DNA of 27,927 nt from Octopus sinensis (GCF_006345805.1 NW_021827533.1:1-27927); one strand, 5' to 3'. Positions 1 to 10,947 are shown, numbered from the stretch's first letter. Translations and numbers: made by a program. Notes: a model not told the origin generated them from the sequence alone.

Positions 1-188
1 TAGCCGCCATAATGAAATAGAGCCTTGAGCCTTATTTGCGCACCCTTACATGTTTACCATAAACAAACTTAAAGGTGTGTATATATATATATGTTAATCC
101 AAACATGAAAACCAAGAGAAAACACAACACACACAACGCGAGGACGTAGAAACAATATAGTATTATTGGACGCTCAGGAAAGAAGGAG

Positions 189-223
189 GTTTAACGTTTC
201 GAGCGGAGCTCTTCGTCGGAAAC
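189..223 (-). ncRNA. Minimal type I hammerhead-ribozyme-like motif (Penelope-like element type)
   Basis: Minus strand reads GUUU-CCGACGA-A-GAGC-UCC-GCUC-GAAAC-GUU-AAAC: 4-bp stem I (GUUU/AAAC), CUGANGA-like box with U4>C, 4-bp stem II, GAAA box, palindromic ACGU stem III and a GUU cleavage triplet. Confidence 0.55.
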
Positions 224-277
224 ATAGGAGAAGGCAAGATCCAGATATATATATGTGCGTGTGTGTGTGTGTGCATA

Positions 278-317
<40 letters not shown>

Positions 318-333
318 GTATATATATATAAAA

Positions 334-594
334 ATACAAAACGGAACAAGAACGCAAAATATCAAGACAGTTACGTGATGCAAAAAAGGACAACAAAATA
401 TCCAGATAGACGATACAAAGAAAACATGGACGGGTCATTCGGAGTTTTCTTTCCTCAGTCGAGTTCCAGATCGTCTTTGCAATTTCAGCTGGTTATACAC
501 GAGATTGTTCCAATCTGGCCAGCCCCAAGGAAAAACTAAGCTAAGAGCACTAGATTCCTGTCTGGATGTTTTGCATTCTTGTCCCATTTTGTAT
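334..594. mobile_element. Small element with 37-bp terminal inverted repeats between (TA)n tracts
   Basis: 334-370 (atacaaaacggaacaagaacgcaaaatatcaagacag) matches the reverse complement of 558-594 at 32/37 positions. Both sides are flanked by (TA)n. Confidence 0.55.
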
Positions 595-596
595 TC

Positions 597-686
597 ATAT
601 ATATATATATATATAAGGGCGTACGTACACTTTGGTCTTTGATATGTGTCTGTGTATATATATATATATATATAATATAACATATA

Positions 687-718
<32 letters not shown>

Positions 719-860
719 AACCCATATATATACACACATATAATATACCATATATATTATATATATACCTATATATATAGTATATTATATGTATATAGCT
801 ATATATATATATCTATATATATATATATAATATAATATATATATATGTATGTATGTATAT
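597..860. repeat. Degenerate (AT)n microsatellite
   Basis: Seen directly in sequence. Confidence 0.9.
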
Positions 861-1363
861 GTAAAGCATTAACAACATACCAGACTGTTCTAATTTTGCG
901 TCATCTCTTTAATTAATATGCAGCAACAAGTTGTATCGAAATAATGTTCTACAAGAGCAAATGCCAGCTTGAAGACTTAAACGATTGTGACGCATGATGC
1001 GGTCACGGATCAGTGCTTTCGACCAATCAGGATGCATTCAGATAGGTTAGGTTCGAATTAAAATGCAGTTTCGAAACACACTCCAAACCACTTGGTATAG
1101 TTTTGAAATAAAATTTAAACAAAATAATTTGACTATAATTAATCAAAAAAAAAAAAAACGCAATAATAAAACCGAATGAAACAAAATCTTATGACATTTA
1201 CTCCTTCAAATACAGATATTTCATAACTATATATATATATATATATATATGCACAAATGCACATATTAGACATGGACTTTTATTCATATTTTGATATATA
1301 TACGCAAGTATATTTGTCTATCAATCAGCCTGTATGTTTCTATCTATCTCTCTCTTCCCTTTT

Positions 1364-1403
<40 letters not shown>

Positions 1404-1740
1404 CACACATACACACACATACGCACACATATACACATATACACATATATAATGCCGTAGGCGTGGTTGTGTGGGAAGGAGTATCTCAACCACATGGTTC
1501 CAGGTTCAGTTCCATTGCGTGGCACATTAAACATGTGTCTTCTACTATGGCTCCGGGCCGACCAAAGCATTGAGAGTGGATTTGGTTGAGAGAAACTGAA
1601 AGAAGCCCGCCCTATGCATATCTACATACACGCATATATACATACATACATGCATACATACATACATACATACATACATACATACATACATACATACATA
1701 CATACATACATACACATGCACACACACACACACACATATG

Positions 1741-1776
<36 letters not shown>

Positions 1777-1782
1777 CAGTGT

Positions 1783-1946
1783 GAAGGCACATGGATTAGT
1801 GGTTAGAGCGTCGAGCTTGCGATCGTGAGGTTGTGAGTTCGATTCCCGGATTGGGCTGTGTGTTGTGTTCTTGAGCAAGACACTTTATTTCAGGTTGCTC
1901 AGCCGTAGAAATGAGTTGTCACATCACTGGTGCCAAGCTGTCTCGG
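1783..1946 (+). mobile_element. SINE family C (tRNA-derived head), truncated
   Basis: A box TGGATTAGTGG and B box GAGTTCGATTCC, followed by tgtgttcttgagcaagacactttatttc...gttgctc as in the copy at 4543-4790. Confidence 0.75.
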
Positions 1947-2076
1947 ACATATATCGCAGAAGATAAATACAAAGGAGTTTGTGTCTTTGTGTTTGTCACC
2001 CATTACCGTTTGCCATCTTGTGTTGGTTTGTTCACGTTCCCGTAATTTAACTGCTTGACATTAGGGTCCGATAGAA

Positions 2077-2297
2077 TACGAGGGGATGCTAAAGAGTTCC
2101 TGGTTTTAAGGGTATCGCAGCAGCCCTGATTGGACGCCCAACATTTCGAGTTGTTTTACAGGGCTTAGAAAGACTGAAGGGCTGCTGCAATAAATGCGTG
2201 AACCTGAGAGGGGAATATGTTGGATAAAATCATAATCAACTGATGCTCCTGTATTTTCTTTTACCCAAAGCCAGGAACTTTTCAGCACTACCTCGTG
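2077..2297 (+). mobile_element. Mariner-derived MITE, copy 1
   Basis: TIRs TAcgaggggatgctaaagagttcctgg / ccaggaacttttcagcactacctcg. 2153-2227 translates VLQGLERLKGCCNKCVNLRGEYVG*, resembling a mariner transposase C-terminus. Confidence 0.8.
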
Positions 2298-2300
2298 TGT

Positions 2301-2344
<44 letters not shown>

Positions 2345-2374
2345 CGTGTGTGTGCGTGTGCGTGTGTACATACA

Positions 2375-2609
2375 TACGAGAGGACGTTGAAAAGGTCCTG
2401 GCTTTATGGGTATCGCAGACGTCCTAGTTGGAGGGTGAACCTTCCGAATTCTTTTACAGGATTTAGAAAAACTGAAGGACCACTGCAATAACTGTGTGTG
2501 CAATACGCGTGTGAATCTGAGAGGGGAATAAGTTGAATAAAATCATAATTAACTGACTTTTCTATGTTTTTTTTACCCAAAACCAGGAACTTCTCAGCAC
2601 CCCTGCGTA
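2375..2609 (+). mobile_element. Mariner-derived MITE, copy 2
   Basis: Direct, diverged homologue of 2077-2297. TIRs TAcgagaggacgttgaaaaggtcctgg / ccaggaacttctcagcacccctgcgTA. Confidence 0.8.
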
Positions 2610-2739
2610 AGTAGTAAACTTAAGTAGTAAATTTTTCAGTAAAAAGAAAAGTGCTGAGGTCGATTTCTTCCACTAAACACTTCAAGGCGGTGCTACAGCA
2701 TGGCCATTGTCTAAGTAAAAGATAAAAGACACATCATAC

Positions 2740-2953
2740 GTGCAAGGTCGCTGAAGCTGCTGGAAATGGTAAGTGAGTCTGCCTCAAGTCACGCCCTGCT
2801 ATCTTAATTTTAAAAATGGCAGGGAAGACATTTGCAGAATGTAATTAATTACAAGACATATCAAAAAGTGGGTTGGTCACAATCGGAACGTTTTCCATCA
2901 TTAAACTACTCGCTGTGAGTTAACATGGAGCTAAGAAACAACAACAACAACAA
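2740..2953 (+). mobile_element. Degenerate interspersed repeat (family D) with (AAC)n tail
   Basis: Loose similarity to 15920-16087 (ggtcgctgaagctgctggaaat vs ggttgcttagtttgctagaaaa). Ends in aacaacaacaac. Confidence 0.35.
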
Positions 2954-2954
2954 A

Positions 2955-2969
2955 AACACACACACACAC

Positions 2970-3013
<44 letters not shown>

Positions 3014-3126
3014 CGGAAACATGCACACATACACACATATACACGCGGAAACATACATACGTACATATGCGCAGAATCAGACACAAATATAAATACATAA
3101 ATTCAAGACAGTGCACAGAAACACAC

Positions 3127-3214
<88 letters not shown>

Positions 3215-3609
3215 CACACGCACACATACGACACGCTCTCTCACTTTCTCTCTCTGACACACACATACTGTGAAGTGTATGTATGTAAAAGTGTATATAT
3301 CTAAAAATTAAAAGGGATATCTTTTATATATGCGCACACATATACACACCCCTAAACGCATACATACACCCACCCATGCAGACAAATGAAGCAGACACAC
3401 GCACACGCGGGCACTCCTATTACATAAGTACATATATATACCTTACTTAGATTTCATTAAATATATATACACACCTAGAGACATATAGTATATGCGTGCT
3501 TTCAAACATACATTACACATACATATACACATTACATTACATACACATATACATACATACACATATATATACATATTATATATAATACATATATATACAT
3601 AATACATAC

Positions 3610-3669
<60 letters not shown>

Positions 3670-3703
3670 TATTATATATATACATATATATATATATCTA
3701 CAT

Positions 3704-3764
<61 letters not shown>

Positions 3765-3773
3765 CATATGTTA

Positions 3774-3839
<66 letters not shown>

Positions 3840-3840
3840 T
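2955..3840. repeat. (CA)n then (AT)n microsatellite blocks
   Basis: Seen directly; short unique spacers interrupt the blocks. Confidence 0.85.
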
Positions 3841-4088
3841 ACGCAGATTATGTTACATACATTTCACATGTCTATAATGTGATCTATCACTTCTAATCGA
3901 TACTATAATCTTTTTGATTATATTTTTATAACTAATTTAGTGCGTGAGAAGAAGTTAATGATTTTTAATTAAAAGCTTTTCATGTTTTGAATACTTGCAC
4001 CTACCGACGGTTTAAGCGTACACATACACACATACGCACACACACAACGCACAAATACACAGACACGCACACATACACACACGTTGGT

Positions 4089-4259
4089 GTAAGCATTGGC
4101 CCAGTGGTTAAGAAGTTCGCTTCGCAGTCACATGGTCTTGGGTTCAGTTCCATTGTGCAGCACCTTGGGCAAATGTTTTCTACTATAGCCCTCGATCGAT
4201 TATTGATTATCGTCTGGGGAGTGGAATTGGTGGAGGGAAACTGATTGAAAATACGCCCT
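4089..4259 (+). mobile_element. SINE family A head, degenerate
   Basis: cacatggtcttgggttcagttccattgtgcagcaccttgggcaaatgttttctactatagcc matches the family A core. Confidence 0.75.
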
Positions 4260-4326
4260 TTATATGTATGTATGCATGTATATATGTATGTATGCATGTA
4301 TGTATGTATGTATGTATGTATGTATG

Positions 4327-4360
<34 letters not shown>

Positions 4361-4438
4361 TGTATGTATGTATGTATGTATGTATGATGTATGTATGTAT
4401 GAATGTATGTATGTATGTATGCATGTATGAATGTATGC

Positions 4439-4471
<33 letters not shown>

Positions 4472-4540
4472 TGTATGTATGTATGTATGTATGTATGTAC
4501 GTATGTTTGCATGTGTATGTATATGTGTGTGTGGGGGGGG
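4260..4540. repeat. (TATG)n microsatellite
   Basis: Seen directly; lies at the position of the family A internal linker. Confidence 0.95.
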
Positions 4541-4542
4541 GA

Positions 4543-4790
4543 GAGGCGCGTGGTTTAGTGGTTAAGGTGTCAGCATCATGGACGTAAGATTGTGGTTTCG
4601 ATTCCTGGACCAGGCGACGCGTTGTGTTCCTGAGCAAAACGCTTAATTTCCCGTTGCTCCAGTCCACTCAGCTGGCAAAAATGAGTAACGCTGCGATGGA
4701 CTGGCGTCCCTCCCAGCTGGGGAACTTATACGCCATAGAAACCGAGAAACCGGGCCCATGAGCTTGGCTAGGCTTTAAAAGGGCGCATTT
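4543..4790 (+). mobile_element. SINE family C, near full length
   Basis: tRNA-like head (TGGTTTAGTGG ... GGTTTCGATTCC), core gttgctccagtccactcagctggcaaaaatgagt, body ctgcgatggactggcgtccc...gaaaccggg and a short ATT tail. Confidence 0.8.
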
Positions 4791-4795
4791 ATTAT

Positions 4796-4826
<31 letters not shown>

Positions 4827-4881
4827 ATGGGTGTATGTATGTGTGTGTGTATGGGTGTATGTATGTGTGTGTAGTAGTATA

Positions 4882-4942
<61 letters not shown>

Positions 4943-4971
4943 TTATATAAAGCAAGTAAAGTTAATTTATT

Positions 4972-5273
4972 TCACACGGATAGAAATATAGAAATCAGAA
5001 GTTGAAAGTGCACTTGGAGTCGTTTAGATATTTTCTATAGTTTTCAATTATTCTTAAAGTCTTAACCGGTTTCACAGATTTCTCTGATTCTCAAAACTAG
5101 AGTTAGAACGACGTGAAGCAAGACAATTGCGGCATAGCTCCATGTCTGTCTATCTCAACTTTTGAAAATCAATGAAATCTGTGAAACCGGTTAGGCCTTC
5201 AAAAATTTTAAGCTAAAAATTCTAAACGAATTCTACTGCATTTTCAAATTATTTCATTCATATTCACGTGTGA
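4972..5273. mobile_element. Foldback/MITE-like imperfect palindrome
   Basis: Perfect 20-bp inverted repeat 5063-5082 / 5174-5193 (taaccggtttcacagatttc). Further inverted matches lie outward (tcgtttaga/tctaaacga; tcacacg 4972-4978 / cgtgtga 5267-5273). Confidence 0.65.
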
Positions 5274-5482
5274 TCTAAACGAATAGGTACGCTATGTATG
5301 TGCTATAATTGGTCGTCTGCTAGGTTTCAAGTTCACACCTGAGGGTGGAACTAGGGATTCGTAGTAGGCTTCTAAGTTAGCAGGTACCAATTACTTCTAA
5401 TTCAACTTACTCTAATTAACTAATCTAAATGACCTGAGATACTCGTCCTGCCTTGGTTTTGTTGTCATGTTTTCTCTAACAG

Positions 5483-5528
<46 letters not shown>

Positions 5529-5550
5529 TATATATATTATATATATAATT

Positions 5551-5598
<48 letters not shown>

Positions 5599-5968
5599 GC
5601 ATAAATACAGAGAGGGAGAAAGAGGAGGCGAGTTATAGATATATGTGTATATCTATACATAAATGAGGGGTAATATGTATATATGTGTGTATGTGTGTAT
5701 ACAAGTGTGTCTGTATGCATGCATACATATAAATAAAAGACACATTTTAAAATGAGACTTTAGATACACTGTGAGTCTGTCTGTGGTGGGGGTCGTAATG
5801 GAAGGGGCTGTGGTGGAAGAGATCTGACAACATTATTGGAGTAAGGGACTTTATTGTCTAAGACTAAACATAAAGGTCTATCAGGGAATAATCTTTAATA
5901 AGATATAAAATAAGATTAAATCTACTTAGAGTGTGTAAAGCCTGCAGTTACAGATACGACAGAAGGGA

Positions 5969-7305
5969 AATATGAACTATTGATATGAAGTAAATACAGA
6001 CGATTGATAAATATGAAGCACATATAGGTTATTAATATGAGGTAAATATAGGGTATTGATATGAAGCAAATATAGGCTATTGATATAAGGCTATTGGCAT
6101 GAAGTAAATACTGGCTATTGATGTGAAGTAAATATAGGCAATTTATATGAAGCAAATAAAGGCTATGAAACAAATATAGTCTATTAATATGAAACAAATC
6201 TAGGCTATTCATATGAAATAAATATAGGCTATTTGTATGAAGCAAATATCGGCTTTTGATATGAAGCGAATATGGACTATTGATATGGGGTAAATATAGG
6301 CTATTGATTTGCAGTAAATACAGACCATTGATATGAAATAAATATAGGCTATTGTTGTGAAGTAAATGCACAATATTGATATGAAGCAAATACAGGCTAT
6401 TTATATGAAGAAAATATAGGCTATTGATGTGAAGTAAATATAGGCTATTCATGTGAAGAAAATATAGACCACTGATATGAGAAAATACAGGCTATGAAAC
6501 AAATATAGGCTATTCATATGAAATAAATATAGGCTATTTGTATGAAGCAAATATCGGCTTTTGATATGAAACAAATATAGACTATTGATATGAAGCAAAT
6601 ATAGGCTATTCATATGAAATAAATATAGGCTATTTGTATGAAGCAAATATCGGCTTTTGATATGAAACAAATATAGACTATTGATATGAAGCAAATATAG
6701 GCTATTCATATGAAATAAATACAGGCTATATGAAGAAAATATAGGCTATTCATGTGAAGAAAATATAGACCATTGATATGAGCAAATACAGGCTATGAAT
6801 TAAATATAGGCTATTCATATGAAATAAATATAGGCTATTTGTATGAAGCAAATATCGGCTTTTGATATGAAACAAATATAGACTATTGATATGAAGCAAA
6901 TATAGGCTATTCATATGAAATAAATATAGGCTAAATAATATGAAACCAATATAGACTTTAGATGTGAAGCAAATATGGACTATCGATATAGAGCAAATAT
7001 AGGCTATTAATATGAAGCAAATATAGGCTATAAATATGAAGCAAATATAGGCTATTTATATGAGGCAAATATAGGCTACTGATATATAGGCTACTGAAAT
7101 ATAGGCTACTGAAACTATCGATATAGAGCAAATATAGGCTATTAATATCAAGAAAATATAGGCTATTGATATGAAGCAAATATAGGCTATTTATATGAGG
7201 CAAATATAGGCTACTGATATGAAATAAGTATAGGGTATTGATATGAAGCAAATACAGACTATTAAGATGAAGTAAATATCGGCTATTAATATGAGGTAAA
7301 TATAA
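5969..7305. repeat. 24-bp minisatellite (consensus gatatgaagcaaatataggctatt), roughly 55 units
   Basis: Seen directly. The supplied minus-strand ORFs show the matching 8-aa period NSLYLLHI. Confidence 0.95.
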
Positions 7306-7419
7306 GCAGTAACTGGCGATTTATTGAATACTATCACGCAAGAAATCTTAGATTAATTGGGGCTGAAAAGAAATGGAAATTTTAGTCGACTTAGGAAGGA
7401 TATTGTCCAAAATTAGAGG

Positions 7420-7866
7420 CACATGCATGGCTGTGTGTTCAAGAAGATTGCTTTGCAAACACGTGGTTTAATGTTCGATTTCACTGTGTGGCAGCTTGGG
7501 CAAGTGTCTTTGTTATAGCTTCGGGTCCATCAATAATTTGTGAGTGAATTTGGTAGAGCAAAACTGTGTGCCCCCCCCCCCCCCACGCACTCAGACACAC
7601 AGACACACACACACGTACCCCCTCTCTCTTACACACACACACGCACACACACGTGCATGTGTGTGTTTGTGTTTGTCACTCCCATCGTTTGACAACCGAT
7701 GCTGGTCTGTTTACGTTCGTGTAACTTAGACCCATAAAATGAGTACAAATTTTCTAGAAAAAGTACTGAGGTCTATTTTAGGAATTAAAACCCTTTAAGG
7801 CAGTGCACCTGCATGGCCGCAGTCCAATGACTGAAACAAGTAAATAATAAAAGATAAAAGATAAAA
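7420..7866 (+). mobile_element. SINE family A, degenerate full-length copy
   Basis: Head ...ggcagcttgggcaagtgtctt..., (CA)n/(GT)n linker, tail ttgacaaccgatgctgg...gcatggccgcagtccaatgactgaaacaagtaaa. Confidence 0.75.
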
Positions 7867-8017
7867 AAGACTAATCTTAAGGGACTAATAAGGATAAATC
7901 TTTGACAGAAATTATAAAATAATTAAATCTACATACTGCGGAATCGAACCCACCATCCTAATATCTACACTGTTACACGACAGCTGCGACGCCATGAAGA
8001 GGAAGCATTATGATATA

Positions 8018-8238
8018 AATAATCCTTTCTACAATAAGAACAAAGCCTGAAGTTTGGGTGATGGGTACTAGTTGATTACATCGACCAGAGTTTTTAACTG
8101 GTACTTATTTCATCGACCCCGAAAGGATGAAAGGCAAAGTGGACCTCGGTGAAATTTGAACGCAGAACGTAAAGACAGACGAAATGCCGCAAAGCATTTT
8201 GCCCGGCGTGTTAACGATTCTGCCAGCTCGTCGCCTTC
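8018..8238 (-). mobile_element. SINE family B full-length monomer with target-site duplication
   Basis: Head gaaggcgacgagctggcagaatcgttaac, central gcctttcatcctttcggggtcgat domain and agaaaggattatt tail. A 16-bp direct repeat ttatgatataaataat flanks it at 8008-8023 and 8240-8255. Confidence 0.9.
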
Positions 8239-8307
8239 GTTATGATATAAATAATGAATTGAAGCAGTTATAGGGTATTTACTAGTACTATGTTTCGCCT
8301 AATAACT

Positions 8308-8824
8308 TACCGTAAATCCTCGAGTATAATCCGCATTTCCCCCCAAAAAATTTAAAAGTCAAAATCCTTAGTGCGTACTATATACGAGGTTAAAAATGAA
8401 AATTATTTTCTAAGCAATGTCGGAGTCTTTATTTGCTGTCCGGCAATGTTTATTCAGACGCATTTTGTGATGTCGGGCGCGGAAATACCTTAAGCTAAGC
8501 CTGAAAGCAATGAAGTTATAAAAGAATCATCTATAACTTGCAGTAAGCAACATTTATTAAACGTTATTACTGTTATTTCTTTATTTTCTGCAAACAAAAT
8601 GCACAAAAAAGCTACACGTTTGCATTATGTTATAAATACAATAATAATAAAGGACGTTACCGTATACAGTTTTACGAACCAAAGATGTTATATAGACCTC
8701 CTTGACTCAAGTTAGAGAAGGGGTGCGTATTATACACAAGGTTTAGGTTTTTCAGAGGTACAGCCCCCTAAAAATCCCCTGCGTATTATACCCAAGGGAG
8801 GACTATACTCTAGGATTTACGGTA
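8308..8824. mobile_element. Tigger/pogo-like MITE
   Basis: TA-flanked TIRs ccgtaaatcctcgagtataatcc / ggactatactctaggatttacgg, plus repeated subterminal gcgtattatac motifs. Confidence 0.85.
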
Positions 8825-9561
8825 ATCAACATGGCTGAGCACCCGTTAGGCGAGAGTGGAATCCCCACTCAATACATACATATTTGACGCTGCATTGAAT
8901 AATCTATATTTATATGTATATTTATATACTTTATTAAGGGAGACATTTAATTATTTTTATATATAGTATGGTGTGATAGAAGAGTAAGAGACAAAGAAAA
9001 TTTTACTAATTAGTATAATAAGGAAGCGTAAATAAAAAATGACTATAAAAAACCCCTTTATATCTATATATATACGGAAATAGTAAAGTACAAAATGGAA
9101 GCTAATTTACACCGGAAAAAAAGGTAATTATTTAGAACAGAATGAAAATGTAATAAAAAATTAAAGCAGAAACCAAAATTATATTTTTGAAAAAATAACT
9201 GTGAGGAAAATAGTAACTATAAAAAGAGTAGAATATATCGATTCAACAGAGACCATGATAGATAGGTATTTTCCGAGCTGGAGAGATAAAAAAATAGGGG
9301 AGAAGTGCCAGGAAGTATGTAGGTTGTGTGCAAGGAAGTGAGAGAGTGAGAACGATAGGAACTGAGAGAGTCAGACGTAGGAAAAAAAAGCAAATAAATA
9401 AATAAATAAATAAAAGTAAAAAATAAAACAAAACAAGAACAAATGAAAAAGCAAAGAAAAACTTTGGGGAAGCTACTCAATTATAATAAAGACCTGTATA
9501 TACTAATTAATGAGAATGTGGTGATTGGAAGTAAGAAAAAACAACCCGTCTCCTGCATTAG

Positions 9562-9595
<34 letters not shown>

Positions 9596-9622
9596 AATGA
9601 TGATGATGATGATGATGATGAC

Positions 9623-9657
<35 letters not shown>
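9562..9657. repeat. (GAT)n microsatellite
   Basis: Seen directly. Confidence 0.95.
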
Positions 9658-9658
<1 letters not shown>

Positions 9659-9823
9659 ATATCAACCCCAGTCGACTGCAACACTTCTGTATAAGTGTTC
9701 GAAACGTTGAATAAATATAAGGATCTTAAAATAGAGGTCTCATAACGTGGCATCTGTGAACAATCGATTAGTGATTTTTGGGACAAAATCCTAGTGAAAA
9801 GGGGAGATCGTTTCAAGAATTTT

Positions 9824-9868
9824 CCAAAGCCTTGTGAGTGGAAACTGAAAGGATACCATAGCATATAT

Positions 9869-9952
<84 letters not shown>

Positions 9953-10175
9953 CGTGCTTGTTTCCCAGTAATGCTTGACACTCGGTGTTGGGTTTTTTAC
10001 GTCTCCGTAACTTAATGGTTCGGACAACAAACACCGATAAGATATGTACCAAGCTAAAAAAGAAAAAAAGAAAGAAAATACTGGGTTCGATTCATTCGAT
10101 TAAAAAAGTTCTTCAAGCCATTGCCCTAGCATGGCCACAATCTAATGACTGAAACAAGTAAAATGTAAAAGATAA
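9824..10175 (+). mobile_element. SINE family A, 5'-truncated
   Basis: ccaaagccttgtgagtgg..gaaactgaaag, (AT)/(GT) linker, tail gcttgacactcgg...gcatggccacaatctaatgactgaaacaagtaaa. Confidence 0.75.
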
Positions 10176-10286
10176 ACGATCCTCTTCACTTCCGGAGTGA
10201 AACAGTACAACCGCTTCATGGCAATTGGAACAAGCAGGAAATAGGAAACGACTTACCCTTAAAAATCAAGAACTCTCTAAAACCGA

Positions 10287-10541
10287 TACAGTAATCTGTC
10301 GACAATCGCGGATGTTACGTTCCAAAAGACCCCGAGATCGGAGAAAATCCGCGAAGTAGAAACAGTTTTGTACTGTATATTTCATCTTATTATTTTTATA
10401 ATTTTTATATATTTATTTTATTATAAATGCAAAACAACACCGCGGTGGAATCGCAGTAAGCTTAAATAATAAACTGCGATAAGTGAGCCGCGATAGGCGA
10501 AACGCGATAGGTGAACCGTGATATAGCGAGGGATTACTGTA
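10287..10541. mobile_element. Tigger-like MITE
   Basis: TA-flanked TIRs cagtaatctgtcgacaatcgcgg / ccgtgatatagcgagggattactg, with tandem cgcgatag subterminal repeats. Confidence 0.8.
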
Positions 10542-10579
10542 TACTAAAGAGAATCTCAAGAGATTCTATTTAAGAACTT

Positions 10580-10780
10580 AATTCTTTGTATTGTAGTCAC
10601 AAGGCCAGCAATTCTGGGAAGAGAGCATGTCGGTTATGTTCACCCTAGTACTCGACTGGTATATAATCTATTAACCCCGAAAGATAGAAAAGCAAAGTTG
10701 AACTCAGTGTAATTTGAATTTAGAGCGTAAAGATGGACGAAATGCTGCTAAGCTAATGATTCTGTTGGCTCACTGCCTTC
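10580..10780 (-). mobile_element. SINE family B, degenerate
   Basis: Matches family B along its length (aaagcaaagttgaac...gcgtaaagatggacgaaatgc...gccttc). Confidence 0.75.
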
Positions 10781-10791
10781 TTCAAATTCGT

Positions 10792-10947
10792 AATAATTCT
10801 TTCTGCTCCATGCACAAGGCCTGAAGTTTTTTGGGGAAGGAACTAGTTGATAACATCTACCCCAATGCTCAACTGGTACTTATTTCATCGACTCCGAAAG
10901 GATGAAAGGCAAAGGTGACGTCGTCGGAATTTAAACTTAGAACGTAA
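10792..10947 (-). mobile_element. SINE family B, 5'-truncated
   Basis: caactggtacttatttcatcgactccgaaaggatgaaaggcaaag...aacttagaacgtaaa. Confidence 0.8.

Larger units (their letters stand above)
1456..2729 (+). mobile_element. SINE family A copy expanded by nested insertions
   Basis: Head 1456-1611 matches the intact copy at 18828-19225 (tRNA-like A/B boxes, ...gaaactgaaagaagcccg). An internal (CATA)n linker follows. The tail resumes at ~1975-2078 and 2608-2729 (gtcgatttc...aggcggtgctacagcatggcc...gtaaaagataaaaga). Confidence 0.75.

Noticed and set aside
1783-1860. tRNA-like sequences at SINE heads (also 4543, 13729, 18828)
   Set aside because: They continue into SINE bodies and lack a proper cloverleaf, so they are not tRNA genes.
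2762-2775. Strong donor site atg|gtaagt
   Set aside because: It lies inside a degenerate repeat with no supporting acceptor or open frame upstream.
5922-7251. NSLYLLHI-repeat ORFs as a repeat protein
   Set aside because: They arise from the 24-bp minisatellite; frequent indels shift the frame and fragment the ORFs.
5969-7305. CRISPR-like array
   Set aside because: Units are contiguous with no unique spacers, and the context is eukaryotic.
9660-9712. Hairpin aacact/agtgtt followed by cgaaacgttgaa as a third hammerhead
   Set aside because: The GAAAC-GUU half is present but no CUGANGA-like box precedes the stem.
10186-10202. Palindrome ttcacttccggagtgaa containing an ETS-like ACTTCCGG
   Set aside because: It is a single short motif between two repeats, with no other support.
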